DNA of 63,942 nucleotides, the filler included, from Asterionella formosa (Eukaryota), in NCBI GenBank assembly GCA_002256025.1. It is 8 parts of 8 records of this genome, joined end to end, with 100 filler letters (N's around TTAATTAATTAA, not from the genome) between each part and the next. Parts side by side here need not be neighbours in the genome. Positions count along the whole stretch, not along the records: positions 16,866 to 25,178 come from NKIB01012279.1; positions 25,279 to 33,583 come from NKIB01012280.1; positions 33,684 to 41,981 come from NKIB01012281.1; 5 more parts are not named here. One strand, given 5' to 3'. Under the pieces are notes generated by a model. The model ran no database searches. It was not told the DNA's origin and saw only the letters and a program-made list of their open reading frames with translations. The position numbers were made by a program, and so were the translations under genes. How positions within the stretch are numbered: position 1 is the stretch's first letter; every line of letters starts with the position of its first letter. This document shows positions 22,494 to 35,301 of this stretch, one piece after another.

Positions 22494-24520
22494 CTAGACC
22501 TGCAAAGGTCCAACCTGAACGTATCCTTGTCGGCCTGCTCGGTCCAATGGATTACCAGTAAAAAAGACGCGGTTGACACCGTAAACCAAGAAAGAAACGA
22601 AGAGAAAGGGAATCAGAGCCATCCCACCCTTCTTGGCCACGTCGCCTGCATTATCGACATTCGAGTTAACTACTACGTTACTCAAAGCATCGTCTTCTGA
22701 AGTGCTGACATCGTCAGTCATCTGTTCCTCAGTCGATGGAATGGGTGCTGGGGTGGCTTTGGCACGTGCCTTAGCGTCGTCCGATTTTTCATCCGCGGTC
22801 TTGCCCTTGAGCAAGGAGTTTCCATGCGAAATCACCACGTCATCGTCGATTTTCACCCCTTGCCAATTGTTCTTATCTCCAGATGTGGGGTCAGGAAATT
22901 CGTGAACGATGTCCATGCTGTCATTGGTGCGAAAGATGATGTTTTCACATATTCCATACAAGTCAACCGAAGCCACACTGGGGTCCGGAATGCGGGGGAT
23001 CCATCCCTCTCTAATTCCCCGCATAAAGTTCCATTCGGCAAAGGCTCCACCTTCTGTTTTAAAGGTCCAATAGAACCACCCCCTCGATATTCCTAAATCT
23101 GCGGCTTCGTATGTGACCATTTGAGCTTGTACAAAGTTGGACAAGAATTCTTTTCGTCTGTTGGAAATGGTTCGATCTAGAAACGGAGCAGTACCATTGC
23201 GTGCTATCCCCTTCATGACGACATCCAACATACTAATGACTAATGTATCAAAGGATGCCGACCACTCTCCAAATACGCGTGAAATTCCTTTGGAAGGGAT
23301 AGTTTTGTTTTTTGGATCATTCCAACAGCAAGCATCGGCTTCTCTAGTATTCTTTTGGCAGACGTAGGCAATGTGCTGACGAGGGGATAGAGCACGAGGG
23401 CGTTCTGCAAAGACTGTGGGAGGGGGGGAGAGAGAAATGCTGGTGAGAAAAAGTTGACATTATATTGATTGTGATTGTAAAAGTAGTAGTAGTCGCATTG
23501 TGGTTGACGAATAATAATAAACCTACCATGATAGTAATGTGAATCCAAAAACGTATTTTCATACTTTTCGTCAGTCCACCATCCATCTGCAAATCTGGTC
23601 GAATTGAAGATATCTCCCACATACACACTGGTCGCTGGTCCCATATTTTTTCTCAGAATAGCCAGTGCCCTTTCATTATAGTCTCTCACAATAACATCAC
23701 TGCAATCCACAAATGGTTCATTCAATGTTCCAAAGCCCGTGACAACATCACTCAATCCATCATCGACAATGGCTTGACTAATATCTTGTACAGCTTTCAA
23801 TGTCCTGTTAACATTATTTGGATCATTTTGCCAATTTGTACATGTTGGATTCGGCAAAGCATGTCCACTATTGTCAAACCCGTTTTGACTTCCCGGCGCT
23901 GTATGAATGTCTGGCCAAACTTGAATATTAAATTCCCTGCACCAACTTACCAATCGGATAAAGTACAACCACCCCCCCTCTACCCATGGTTCGTCTCCTA
24001 TAGTAGCACTATCCTCCAGTATCCAATGAGGCACAGGGACTCTCACATGTGTCACACCAGCTTCATGGAGCGTTCTAATATCATCCTTGGTAACAAAGTG
24101 CTCCCAATGAAACTCCAACCATCGTTTGGCAATGTGTTTGTCATGAAAGGCAGTTAATAATGTGTACATATCGATCGGGTAGTCCAACTCTCCTGTGTTA
24201 CTCATGAATTGCACTGGTTTGCAATGAAACAAATCACATACTTGATAGTCGGGTGAATCCAAAGGTGGGGCATCTACTTGGCCAGGATAAAAACAAAAGT
24301 CTCCACGCAAGTGACATGTCGTAATGGCAAAGAAGTAGGGAGTAATGAAACGTTCCATGACAAGCCAGCCACCAATGTTGACTCCGCGGACCCAAGGTTT
24401 AGTAGTCTTTGCAGTAGTCATGTTGGCAGAGGCAGAGTCCGACAGGAATACCACTACTGCTAGTGCAAGTGCAGCAGCTGCTGCTGCTGCTGCTGGTAGG
24501 CACGCGAGTTTCATCATCAT
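22494..24520 (-). CDS. Glycoside hydrolase family 5 (exo-1,3-beta-glucanase-like), signal peptide plus C-terminal TM; intron 23414-23526
   Basis: 'RGVNIGGWLVMERFITP', 'HTAPGSQNGFDNSG', 'NEP', 'GEWS' and 'GWFYWTFK'. The GTAGGT...ACAG intron restores the frame (HYYH-VFAERP). Confidence 0.93.
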
Positions 24521-25895
24521 TGCTGTGCTGTGCTGTGCTGTGCTGATAAATGTTCTGATCTGTTCTGCTTTGATCTGGTTCTGATCTGCCGCAACTAGCT
24601 GTGAATACCGGTAATAGCCAGAATTTTGTAGAGCACTTTACATATGTTTTATTTATTGTTGTGGTCTCAACCACAAGAAATGGTAAAGACTTTCACAGCA
24701 GAGGAGTACCGGTACCGGCATACGATTGTGGTAGGACAATACATACAAGTAAACGCTAGACTGTGGTACCAGGGTACCTGGTACATAGGAAGGATGATGG
24801 TGGTTGATGATAATGAGCCAATGACAGCCAGTATTTGAAATCTGCACATCTGTACGAACACAGGTGCCGGGTTACCTTGTACCAGCAGAAGATGTCGAAC
24901 CCCTATACAATATGTTGTGGTACTCCCTGATAAATATGAATGTGGAATAATCACGATGCCGGTAACGGTTTGACAACACTGTATACATACATTGTCACGA
25001 TGAATGCTCTATGTATAACATACCGGTGTGTGCATAAAACGAAATATTATTATCAATCTGTGGACCCTGTTACCAGTACCTCGGAATACCCCAGTAACAG
25101 GTTATCGATGACATTGGTACCAGGATAGGTGGAGACCGTTAATCGAGAAATTTAGGCTTAGCCTTATTAAGTAAACATNNNNNNNNNNNNNNNNNNNNNN
25201 NNNNNNNNNNNNNNNNNNNNNNTTAATTAATTAANNNNNNNNNNNNNNNNNNNNNNNNNNNNNNNNNNNNNNNNNNNNGTTGTTATTCTTGCTTGACATG
25301 GTCTTGTTGTGAATTGTCTCGATACAGGACAGAATTAATGAAGGACAAATATATTTTAATTACGCAAAAAATAAATAATTTCCCGGTATTGTAAGCGTAA
25401 AAAGCATTTATGCGCGAAAGAATACGCTCGCAATGGCATCGTCAATCCGGGTACGAATGTGTGGTAAGACGGAGTCAATACATAGGATAGTACGGGTAGC
25501 AGTTACTGCACGACCCCCAGTAAAACACTTCTGTGACGCACGAAGAAGATTTGGAACCAGCACTTCGATGACCTGAAAAACACGTTTCTCACCCCATCTA
25601 CCGGCACCAATCTGTCAATTTTGACAGTTTGCTTTGTTGCTTACCCATTCTTGAGCAGGCAATGTCGCTACATTCTAACATGTCAGGTAACGTAGCGTTT
25701 GATTTAAGTTACCGGTAATATATGTAGGATTCATTGATATGTGTCATAAATGCCGCTGTAAATAGATACCTGGTACTCGGAACACCAGGTGACTCAAATA
25801 AATGCTGAAGGCAATACACGCCCGAGGTGGTCTCTTGCATGCGAGTATACCGGTACATGTGTTCGAGGCTGGGATGGCACTCGTAGGGTGACCTT

Positions 25896-26066
25896 TGTTG
25901 AAATATATGGCGCTACTCTAGCGCGCTCCAGTACTGCCCTGGAATGACCGGTCAAGATCTTTCTCACGCCGCTCGTCTGCAGATTCTTCTGCTATATAAA
26001 TCCTGTCTATTTCCGTTTAGACATTCCTCAGACTACCTAGTCTTCGGACACCTGTCGACATCAACA
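25896..26066 (+). mobile_element. Possible solo LTR
   Basis: TGTTGA...TCAACA termini with an internal TATATAAA. The flanks ACCTT and GCCTA match at only 3 of 5 positions. Confidence 0.4.
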
Positions 26067-26106
26067 GCCTAACAGACACACTCTGACAGACCTTCTCGCA
26101 CAGTAA

Positions 26107-26383
26107 TTAGCTGGGTTTGAAGGACAATTGAATACATACTAGGGCAACTCTACATAGCATCAGATGATACCTTCTGGCAGCAAGAGAGTACAGAAAGGAA
26201 CTTCAGTTTTTACTATGCAGCCAAATAAACCGATTTCCCCAAAATTTTCTAGTCTTGTTTTAGCATAGTAAAAATACAGAAGTTCCTGTCTGCACTCTCT
26301 TGCCAGATCCTATTTCCTGACGTTACATTGCGTTGACCTATCCTACTTTGACCAATGACTGTATCTAAACATATGGAAAGGGT
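26107..26383 (+). mobile_element. Non-autonomous Kolobok-like element, fragment D (hairpin region)
   Basis: Collinear with 9340-9610. Confidence 0.8.
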
Positions 26384-26754
26384 CGTGTCCAATCGGATTC
26401 GAACAATATGGTGTCATATTCATGTCATATGCCTATTGCTGTCACTTATTATTGCCCAAGTAACAGGAGCATTCTTTGTAAAGTGGTGCAACAAGGTGGA
26501 ATCATTTGCTTAATAACTCCTACCATTATGGCGTGTCAATTTCATCTCGCAAAGTGACCAACAGGAAGGACAACAGCAAGTAAATAGGGACAGAGTGCCT
26601 CACAGAGTTCCACTTCAGAGTGTATGCATTCTAGAAGCATTTTTAGTTCAGCAAGAGCAATGAATAAGCCTTTCATCAATATTAAAATCATTGTTGAGGT
26701 CGAAATATAGAATAATTGGTTTGTTGACCTAAATAATTATTTTGTTGGTTAGTT

Positions 26755-27100
26755 CTAGTCAATTTTTAATTTCTTTGAGCTTTGAAAGATGAGAGTTGAA
26801 TCCTTCGCCTTCTTTCCCTTGCATTGAGTGAGCAGCCCAGCAAGACAATAATTGCAAAATAAATGAACACAATCAATAGATCCAATGCAACCAGGAAATC
26901 TAGGATTGCGATAGTGGATGGAATCAGGAGATTCGGGGATAATAATATATTTGTTCTGTTTCAACTTCATCCTTTCTACAAATCTAAGAAAGAAAATCCC
27001 TGTTTTTCTCTGCTGATTAAAGTGAGTTCCTCAAGTGAATCAATGGTACATACCTTGCCAAAACTGGCATTATATCTAAGAAAGATGCGAAAATCACATT
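26755..27100 (-). pseudogene. PIF/Harbinger transposase fragment
   Basis: 'RFPGCIGSIDCVH...C...L.TQCKGK' matches the Harbinger consensus GFPGxxGSIDCxHWxWxNCP...QYKGK. Confidence 0.75.
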
Positions 27101-27174
27101 CTTGTCAAAATATTGTCACTTAAGCCTGGTATCAGCTTCGATGGAATAGTCTCCGTCTGCAAATAAAAACTATC

Positions 27175-28600
27175 ATATATCCATGATGCATCATAGGATT
27201 GTGATCATCTGATCATAATTTTTCGTTATATCATCTAATAATTTTGATAAATGCCTTTGTAATTTAAATAGTAACCCTTTTGACTACATATATTTAATTA
27301 TTATATCAATTGTTTCTATTTGATTCCTGTATTCGAATTTCCTGTTCAAGTAATGTAATTTGGCTCGTCATTTCCATCCGTCATCATTCCGATTTTTGCA
27401 ACAACAACGAAATACTAGCGATGACAAGCGGAATTAATGTTTGCGATAACGTCTTCAATTTGTTGGTCAAGTGATCTTTATATCTTCGAGTAATCGTCAT
27501 GTGCAGTGAACCTTTGTTCATAATCATTCAATTAAGAGTTTACAGGAGAGAAGAAACCATTCGAACTCGTAATGTTTCCGCACACAGCGCACAAAGTATA
27601 TCCGTTTCGTCCACTTCAGCATGACAATTTCGCCAATCAACCCGTAAACAAACACATTCTACTTGTTCTCGTTGACATTTTCAATTCTCACATGATACTA
27701 CATCTACTATTGAGATTCAGCATAGAAGGAGATAAGAAAATGTGCGTAACAGACTACTGTCCACATAGCTACTATAGTTATAGAATGATTCTGATTAGAA
27801 TGCATTTCATTTTCATATCGCTCGCTTGTTTCTGCATTTGGTATACTGTACTTGAATTAACTATTGAACTTGTCCGCATCTTTGATACCATCAAGCAAGA
27901 GAGCGAAAGCAAGTGGCTCTTTTCATTGTTGTTTGCTCGTTGGAAGAATTTGATATCTGTCTCGTCATTTGCTTGTTGGAATGGTCCGTTGCCTCAAACT
28001 TGCTTGCCGTGTGCGTGCACACACTGTCGACTGGTTTTCAATGGTATTTTATTCTTGTATTCACTGTTGAACTTGTCTGCATCTTTGTTACCATCAATAG
28101 AGCGACAAGTGGGTCTCTTCATTGTTCTTTGTTGTTTGCTCCTGGAAAAGTCGGTGTCCGTGTCATCCTCATCAATAGAGAGACAAGTTCTTTCGTTGGA
28201 AAAATTGGTACCGTATCATCATTCGCTCGTTCGAACCACTGTCTGTTGCCTCAAACCTGATTAGCGTGTGAGTACCGGTATGTGCACTGTCGACTTTAGT
28301 AAATTACAGGTGGAGTGACTTTGCTACTAAATTGCGTGATATTATAATATACCCTGTACCGGTAGCACGATGCAGAATACAGTTGCTTCCCAATCATCTC
28401 ATCATGATTGATAAGATGATACTGTGATATCATGATAAGGTTACATCGATACATACATCACCAAAGTATGATACGTAATATTGAATAAAGTACATCACAT
28501 AGCTATGATACATTGATCATAAAATTATGATGATTTTATGAAATGTATACGATATAATTTTGATCAAAATATGATCATGTAAAAATAGTACAATGACAAT
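27175..28600. repeat. Second, inverted copy of the ATGAT/ATCAT-bounded repeat, with an internal ~200-260 bp tandem duplication (27860-28295)
   Basis: Reverse-complement similarity to parts of 4330-6560. 'ttgaacttgtc.gcatctttg.taccatcaa' and 'gttgcctcaaac...cactgtcgact' each occur twice. Confidence 0.6.
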
Positions 28601-28889
28601 AAAATATAATAAAATATGTACGCAAGTGTTACCAAGACATCATAGAATATAAATAAAGCAATCATAAAGTATGTTAATTAATATATATGTTTGTCGTTTA
28701 ATATATACAGTTAAAGTCAACAGTTAATATGATAGTATTATACAGTGGATAGGATCTAAGTATACGGATGCGTTGATATGTACATCACTATAATATGATT
28801 TGTGATATGGATTGATGCATATCACATACCGGTATCCTCAACAACCGGCCATCACGTTAATTGTCATGTCGTCTTTCCTTGTCTTAGCT

Positions 28890-30736
28890 ATATATATGCC
28901 GGCATGTGTATTGTGTAAACACTATGCTGGCGGAACATTGATATTACGCTGTGCTCTGTTCAACAATTACTACACTCGGTTACCATCACACCAGTTCCAT
29001 CTCCACAAGCACTGCAATAAGCTCCATGAAAAGCTCCGCGTTTCCCTTCCACTGTTTTACATCATTGTCTTCTGGCCCTTTGACAACTTTCCAAATGGCA
29101 TTTCACGGATTTCATGGAAAGGATCAGTCAAACAAGAAAAGAGACTTACTTCCATTGTTTACACTACACGACTTCATGTTTTCGGAAAAGAAGATGAAGA
29201 AAATTATGAAATCAATCGAAGATTCCTTTGAATACACTGAAAGATCAAACAAATTTGAACAGATTCATAATACTCCAGAAAAAATAATGAAGTATGTCAA
29301 CCGATACAATAGTGGCTGAGATTGAAAAGAAGGAAAGATTGCTTTTGAAGAGGAAACCCAAACAGTTGGTCTTCGTGGATGAAGACTCTATTTGTACAGA
29401 GTCACAGTTCCACCATCCATTGTCGTATTTTGATCATTCTCCTGAAATCGCTGATAATGATGAAGAACTCAGTGATTCTCATTCATTTGATGAACAAAGT
29501 CATGCGATGAATGAAATATCGGCGGTAATATGGGAGACATCACTTCAGAAGTAGAAATGGTTGAAAAGTTGCAAAACCAAGAAATATATCTCACTATCCG
29601 TCCAGAACATCAAGATGAACATCATGAAAGCAGAGAAACTATTGCATTTCTAAAAGAACAGATATTAAAGAAAAAGTCTGAGCTAGATCAAGACCTCGAA
29701 TTCAAGAAGATCAATGCAGACAGAGATTTGATGCTGGCTAAGGCACTTGATGCTCTGAATAGGGAACAAAGTCAGAAACAAAAAATTGAATCTTTTTCCA
29801 AATCATACACGGAAGAAAAAGAATTTCTTTGTAAAATCATCGAGGACAATCCCGAAGGCAGCTAGCTACTTTTGTGAAGAGTCGGCATGTGAAATGTGTA
29901 GAGTTATTATGCCAAGATAGCAAACAGCATTTTCCTTGAGTTTGCCGAAATCGCATGGACAACTAAAATTGTGAAAAGAGTTGTACACTCGTACCCCGCA
30001 AGATATATGCAATTACGTCTCTGTATTTTATGGAGTCAAAGGTATCAAAACATCATCCTGAGATTTTAAAGATCTTGCATATTGGGACCTTGAAACAATA
30101 ACCTCTATGATCCAATATATATTTCATGAACTTCATCCAAGTGATGTAAAGGTTACAATTGACCTGGATGAGAACCCAGAAAAGGGTAATAACCATCCAT
30201 ATATATACCAAGGTGATTGTCATCTACTTCATCACGAAAGTAACTATGTGCTAATTGTGTATTGCAAAAGGTCAGATGAGGAGGAAAACAATCATTTTGT
30301 GCATTATCTTTTTGCTATAAATGATGGATTATGTCAAGTCCGTGATCCAGGAAAAGATGCAAGTTTGGATGAACATTATGATCAAGTATTTCACCTTGGC
30401 TGTAAGTACTGCATCATCCCCAGATGCAGAAAAGAATTCGAATTGTTATGCACCGATACAGGATATCTTCCACAAGAATTCCATATACCTGAAGAAATTG
30501 GGTTCTCGGAATCTTTCTATACTGGCACCAAAGCACCATTGCAGATCAGTATGGCCACTGAACATGATTCCATGTTATTTCAACCAGAAGATGACAGTGG
30601 ATGGTCATGTGGACCTTTTACAATTGTGAAAGTGTTGGAAACTCTATTGCAATTAGAAAGGAAAAGAATGGCAAAACCAAATTTCTTGGCAAATGGGCAC
30701 ATTTCCGTTTGGAGACAGAGTCCTGGAAAGCTTTAA
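28890..30736 (+). pseudogene. Frameshifted ORF ending in a Ulp1/C48-like cysteine protease domain (likely TE-associated)
   Basis: A chain of overlapping ORFs: Cys/His-rich, then acidic, then coiled-coil-like. The last ORF has 'NHFVHY' (His), 'VRDP' (Asp) and 'QPEDDSGWSCGPF' (Gln, Cys). Confidence 0.55.
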
Positions 30737-31124
30737 AAGGTCAGGTGGCAGCAACAGATCGAACAGACGATTTCTTATCCATATTGCCTATTTTTTCAAT
30801 TTTGACATCAGCAATTCGATTGCTCAGAGAATTTACGAACTTTCTCTATCTAAAGACTTGTACCCTGAAGTGCATTTTTCTTACATGATCACCAACAAGT
30901 GCACAAATTACAGAACCACCAGCCTTCGCCTGTAACGCATCGGAGGAGTGATAGAGGATTTGTATACAAATTTTTAGTCTGGAGGTCAAAATATGTTGTT
31001 AAGTCACGGCATCCGAATTCTATTTGTGGTACATGTCAAGTGCTCCAGGGGGTGCACATGGTGTGTGGTATGATTAGATTCCGAAACACCAAGGTACTGG
31101 TACGAGGGTACCATGAACATTTGT

Positions 31125-31475
31125 TTCTTGTGCAGGACTTCCGGGACTTTTCCCACAACGGGATGAAATTGGAAAAACTATTCGTAAATTCAACTGCACA
31201 TTGGCATTTGCACCACCATTGCACCACAATTGCACCACTTTACTTAGAGTAAGAACCTGAATTGCACCAGACTATATCAAATCCGTGCAACTATATAAAT
31301 AAACATAACTGTATAGGAATACATGTGATCCTCAAAATTACAGCCCGCCAACATTTGATGAATAATTTGTTCACTCAACTTGCCAATTTCGCATCTGTAT
31401 ACTTGAATTGTCAGAATGAGTAAGAAGAATAAACGCAGTGAGACTAAAAAGCTTGCCAATCTACCTCGGGATGTC
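31125..31475 (+). mobile_element. Second copy of the 5' end of the putative YR element (MSKKNKRSETKKLANLPRDV), truncated
   Basis: Reverse-complement match to about 10367-10735. Confidence 0.8.
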
Positions 31476-31860
31476 TTACATCTAAGCCGTGAAATACGCC
31501 ACTTTTCGAAATTTGTTCTATGTAGGAGTGTTAATTATGTGGTACTTCACATGAATTAATGCCACTCTTCCCGGAGAAAAGGTTACTTTTAACGGTTTCA
31601 TGTGAAGTTTTAACGGTTTCGTGTGAAGATTGGTTGATGTTTCAAATAATTCATTTCAAAGTTCAACTAAGACCCTGCTCTCGTGACTAATTCATTTACG
31701 ACATGCATCTTCCTTTGTGAAATAGTAAGGATATTTGTGGTGTCTTAATTCATGCTACCAGGTACCACAGTTTATGGTTGTGCACTTCACGTAAATAATA
31801 TTATCTGTTTTGCTGAATAAGATTACTTATCGTGGTTTCATGTGATGGCTGGTTCACAAT
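31476..31860. repeat. Probable end of another DNA element with repeated GGTTTC(A/G)TGTGA motifs
   Basis: The motif occurs at about 31594, 31615 and 31834, with a partial reverse copy at about 31546. Begins exactly where the YR homology stops. Confidence 0.4.
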
Positions 31861-32499
31861 CATACAGTTATTTCCAAGGCAGGACTAGTTGATGTTACAA
31901 CTAAAAAATTTAAAAGTTCAAGATAAATTTTTTAGAGGATAAATCATTGCGAAAGACGACTTCACTACAAATTGTTTGATTGCAATCTGCCCTGAATTGA
32001 TTGAGAAAAACGGAACGAAGTGGATCTCGAGAAATATCGCGACATGATTTGTGAGGATGCAAGCAACAACCAACCCTAATGAGGACAAAACAGGTACGGA
32101 ACAAACATTAATTTTGAATTTGAAATGCTAAACTAAATATCTATTCGAATTAGTGTGTGTTATCGACTGCAAATCTTCGGAGTGCTATTGGGCATGAATT
32201 GATGGAGAAAATCGAAGCGATGTGGTTGTCGGCAAGTGGGTGCATGAAGCATATCAACAATCATCCTTACCATCGATATTGTCAGCATCCAAAATGAATT
32301 CTCTTATTCTTTTACATAAACTATATTTCGTATGAATTCTGAAGATACAAAATATATGGATAACATACCTGGTGTATTGTGAATACCGGTATGTCTGGAA
32401 TGGCATCGTGATGCTGAGTGTGTTGACCTCAGCTAATGAATAGTAGGTATGGTACCTGGGACCAGGTACCCTGGTAAACAATTCCATTTCACACATCCT

Positions 32500-32633
32500 C
32501 ACATTTGCAAAACTCGTTAAATCTTCTAAACAATTGTTCCAGCAAGAACAAAGCCAGTTTAAGAATTAAACAACAGAAGTAGTCTCTGTGGGCGTAGTAC
32601 TAGTACTAGTGATAATGTTCTGTTTTGGTTGGG
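32500..32633 (-). mobile_element. Internal fragment of the 13299-15793 pogo-like family
   Basis: 'catttgcaaaactcgttaa.tcttc.aacaattgttccagcaa..agccagttt...gtctctgtgggcg' matches 14243-14372. Confidence 0.75.
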
Positions 32634-32637
32634 TTAA

Positions 32638-33583
32638 GGTTCCTGCATTTGAACCCTAGGCAAAAATTAAAAAATTGCTTAGGGTTGCCGAAATTCCCTG
32701 GAACTAAGAACTTTTATGTGCTAATTTGAATATCAATGATTCCGTTTGAAAAATTCAAATGAGTGGAAATTTGCGCGTACGTATATAGATTCCATTTCAA
32801 ATGCATAAAATATGTAAAGATAGATTCCTCATCGCTGAATGTTTTATATTGCTACTCTACCGATAGTATACCTACTCGTATCATAAATATGTTTCACATG
32901 CACGACCCGGCGGCTGCAAAATATATTTGAATGTGCAAACTATCGGTACTAAGGTACTGGTTAGCGTGCACTACCATTTACTATGACGAATGATGATCAG
33001 TTACCTGGAACCGGTAGGTCTACCCGGTACTCGGTATTCCTACTCCGTACGGATTCCGGTATACGGGTAAACCTACCCGGTACTCGATATTCCCACTCCG
33101 TACGGATACCGGTATACGGGTAGGATCGGCCAACACCCAAGAAAATGCTTCATGTGTATCCAGTGTGGCCGGCGTGGGATTGCACGACCTCGCAAACCGT
33201 GCCAATCGAACGGATGTAAGGATAACCAATCAGAATATGATTATTACAGCGGGCAATTACATTGGAACTTTTTGTACACGAGATTTTACGACTACAAATT
33301 TTAGCACAAGACTACCATTCCGATGATGACGTTTCGGCGATTAGTGATTCTGATTCCGACGTTTGGGTGACCGTTGAAAAGGCCGATATTGTCGAATTTT
33401 TGGACGACGATAGCTCAACGTTGGCAGGGTTTGAAGAAGAGTTAAGTACATAGGTAATCTTCATATAGCCCCAGAAGTTAACTTTCGGCGAGAAACTGCA
33501 GAAAGGAACTTCGGTTTTTTTACTAGGCCAAATAAACGAGTTAGCCCGGTAAAATCCACTATTTTCAGCATAGTTAAAAAACC
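32638..33583 (+). mobile_element. Non-autonomous Kolobok-like element, copy E (left TIR intact, cut by the contig end)
   Basis: TTAA (32634-32637) followed by GGTTCCTGCATTTGAACCCTAG. Confidence 0.85.
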
Positions 33584-33929
33584 NNNNNNNNNNNNNNNNN
33601 NNNNNNNNNNNNNNNNNNNNNNNNNNNTTAATTAATTAANNNNNNNNNNNNNNNNNNNNNNNNNNNNNNNNNNNNNNNNNNNNTAGGAAAGGCACAATGA
33701 AACAAACAAAGACGACGAAATAATCCAGATTCTTGACCCACCTGCAAGATAATTGTTATTCATGGACCTGGCTATGAACAGTGATGGCAAAACTATTTAC
33801 AAGACTCCTGCACAAGGGAGTGACCACCCCAAACCTCACCACCGCCATCCACGTTTTTCAGGGCCATGGAGCGCAATGAATACAATCCTTTAGCTAGGCT
33901 AGTACTAATGCGCTATAAAAATTATTGAA

Positions 33930-34260
33930 TAATATATCGAAGGTGTTTGGGCAAAATTGTTTATTGAAGTGCAAGGACATAAAGTGACCACAAATGTTAA
34001 CTACTGTGACAACACTAGTGCAATGAAGCTGAAAGAGAATGGAAAAGCAAGTTAAGGAAAACGCACGCAAAATTTCAACATGAAGTATTTTTACATTGCT
34101 GATCTACTTGAAAGAAAGGAAGTGCAGATTGAGTACTGTCCAATGGATGCAATGATTGCAGACTACATGACAAAACCATCGGTTGGTTCGAAATTTATAT
34201 ATTTTTGAACACAAAATTATGAACTAAAAGTGAGCATCGTGTCCAGCAGGAGAGCATTGG
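33930..34260 (+). pseudogene. Copia RNase H remnant
   Basis: Translates to 'DNTSAMKLKENGKAS*GKRTQNFNMKYFYIADLLERKEVQIEYCPMDAMIADYMTKP'. Confidence 0.85.
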
Positions 34261-34806
34261 AGAAATTATTTTAGGAGACATCCCAGTATGAAATTACCTA
34301 GATGTATAGACATTGAATCAAATGAATCAAAAGGAATATCAAGATCAGAATTTGAAAACAATCTGCACCGCCAGTAAAACCTATAATTCTATTAAAACTT
34401 TTAGGTATGATTTCAATCGATATCTGTCACATTGTTGATCACATCTAAAGCCTAATTTTTCCTTACAAATTCTTAAGGGATACAAGAAAGTAATAGAAGG
34501 CTTCGTGATACAATTTCATCACATGGTATGATAGTTGTTGTCTAAATAATCATTTCATGAATTATTTTATGCTCGAGCACTGCAGAGCGAACATCTGTTT
34601 TTGTCAGCCTTCTATATAGATATTGAAAGATAATACTGGTATAGGCTTCTGTAACTATTCTTATTTTATGACGTATAATTTCTTTGTCCATCAAAGCAAT
34701 TCATTTTATATATTGATGCATCAATTGTGCCAACAAGCGTTCACCGAAATGAGTACCGGTATAGTTCTACTAACTTAATTCTATTGTCCATCATTGACAG
34801 CAGTAT

Positions 34807-35301
34807 TTATTTGTTTTCATCTTCAATATCGCAGAAAATCATTGGATCACTTCGAAGCATTTGTTCTTTATACATCTCCGCATGTTCCATGGGATATTTG
34901 CCACACATGGCCTTGCCCTTGGCTTGTGCTTGTTGAAAGACAGTAGACGCTTGATCTTCATCCATATCTTCCATAATAGCACACATGCGATCAATGACAT
35001 GTCCTCCATCATACCCATCATCGCCAATCAACATGACCTTGTACAAGGGCGCTTCCATAAAATCTTCTTTCTTTCGTTGCACTGGATCTGCAGATTTGAC
35101 TTGGTTGCGGATTTCGACCTTTTGTACTTGCTTGGTCACTAAGGCAGTCTTTTGTCCAATCTTAATATCAGGTTGGGACAATCCTGCCATTTGAATCCGA
35201 CTTGCAGTGAGTGTGTGTGAGTGAGGAGGAATGACCATGAAAGCGCTCGACGCTGTGAAGAGGAGCGCCATGGAAAGAATTAGAGTAGAGACAGTCATCA
35301 T
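34807..35301 (-). CDS. clpS: ATP-dependent Clp protease adaptor ClpS-like, plastid-targeted
   Basis: 'APLYKVMLIGDD', 'A..VFQQAQAKGKAMCGKYPMEHAEMYKEQM'. Signal peptide ending SSA-F, then a transit-like peptide. Confidence 0.85.
   Translation of the reverse strand: MMTVSTLILSMALLFTASSAFMVIPPHSHTLTASRIQMAGLSQPDIKIGQKTALVTKQVQKVEIRNQVKSADPVQRKKEDFMEAPLYKVMLIGDDGYDGGHVIDRMCAIMEDMDEDQASTVFQQAQAKGKAMCGKYPMEHAEMYKEQMLRSDPMIFCDIEDENK

Noticed and set aside
27572..28264. 230-aa hydrophobic ORF
   Set aside because: It lies in a T-rich, internally duplicated repeat and has no recognisable domain.
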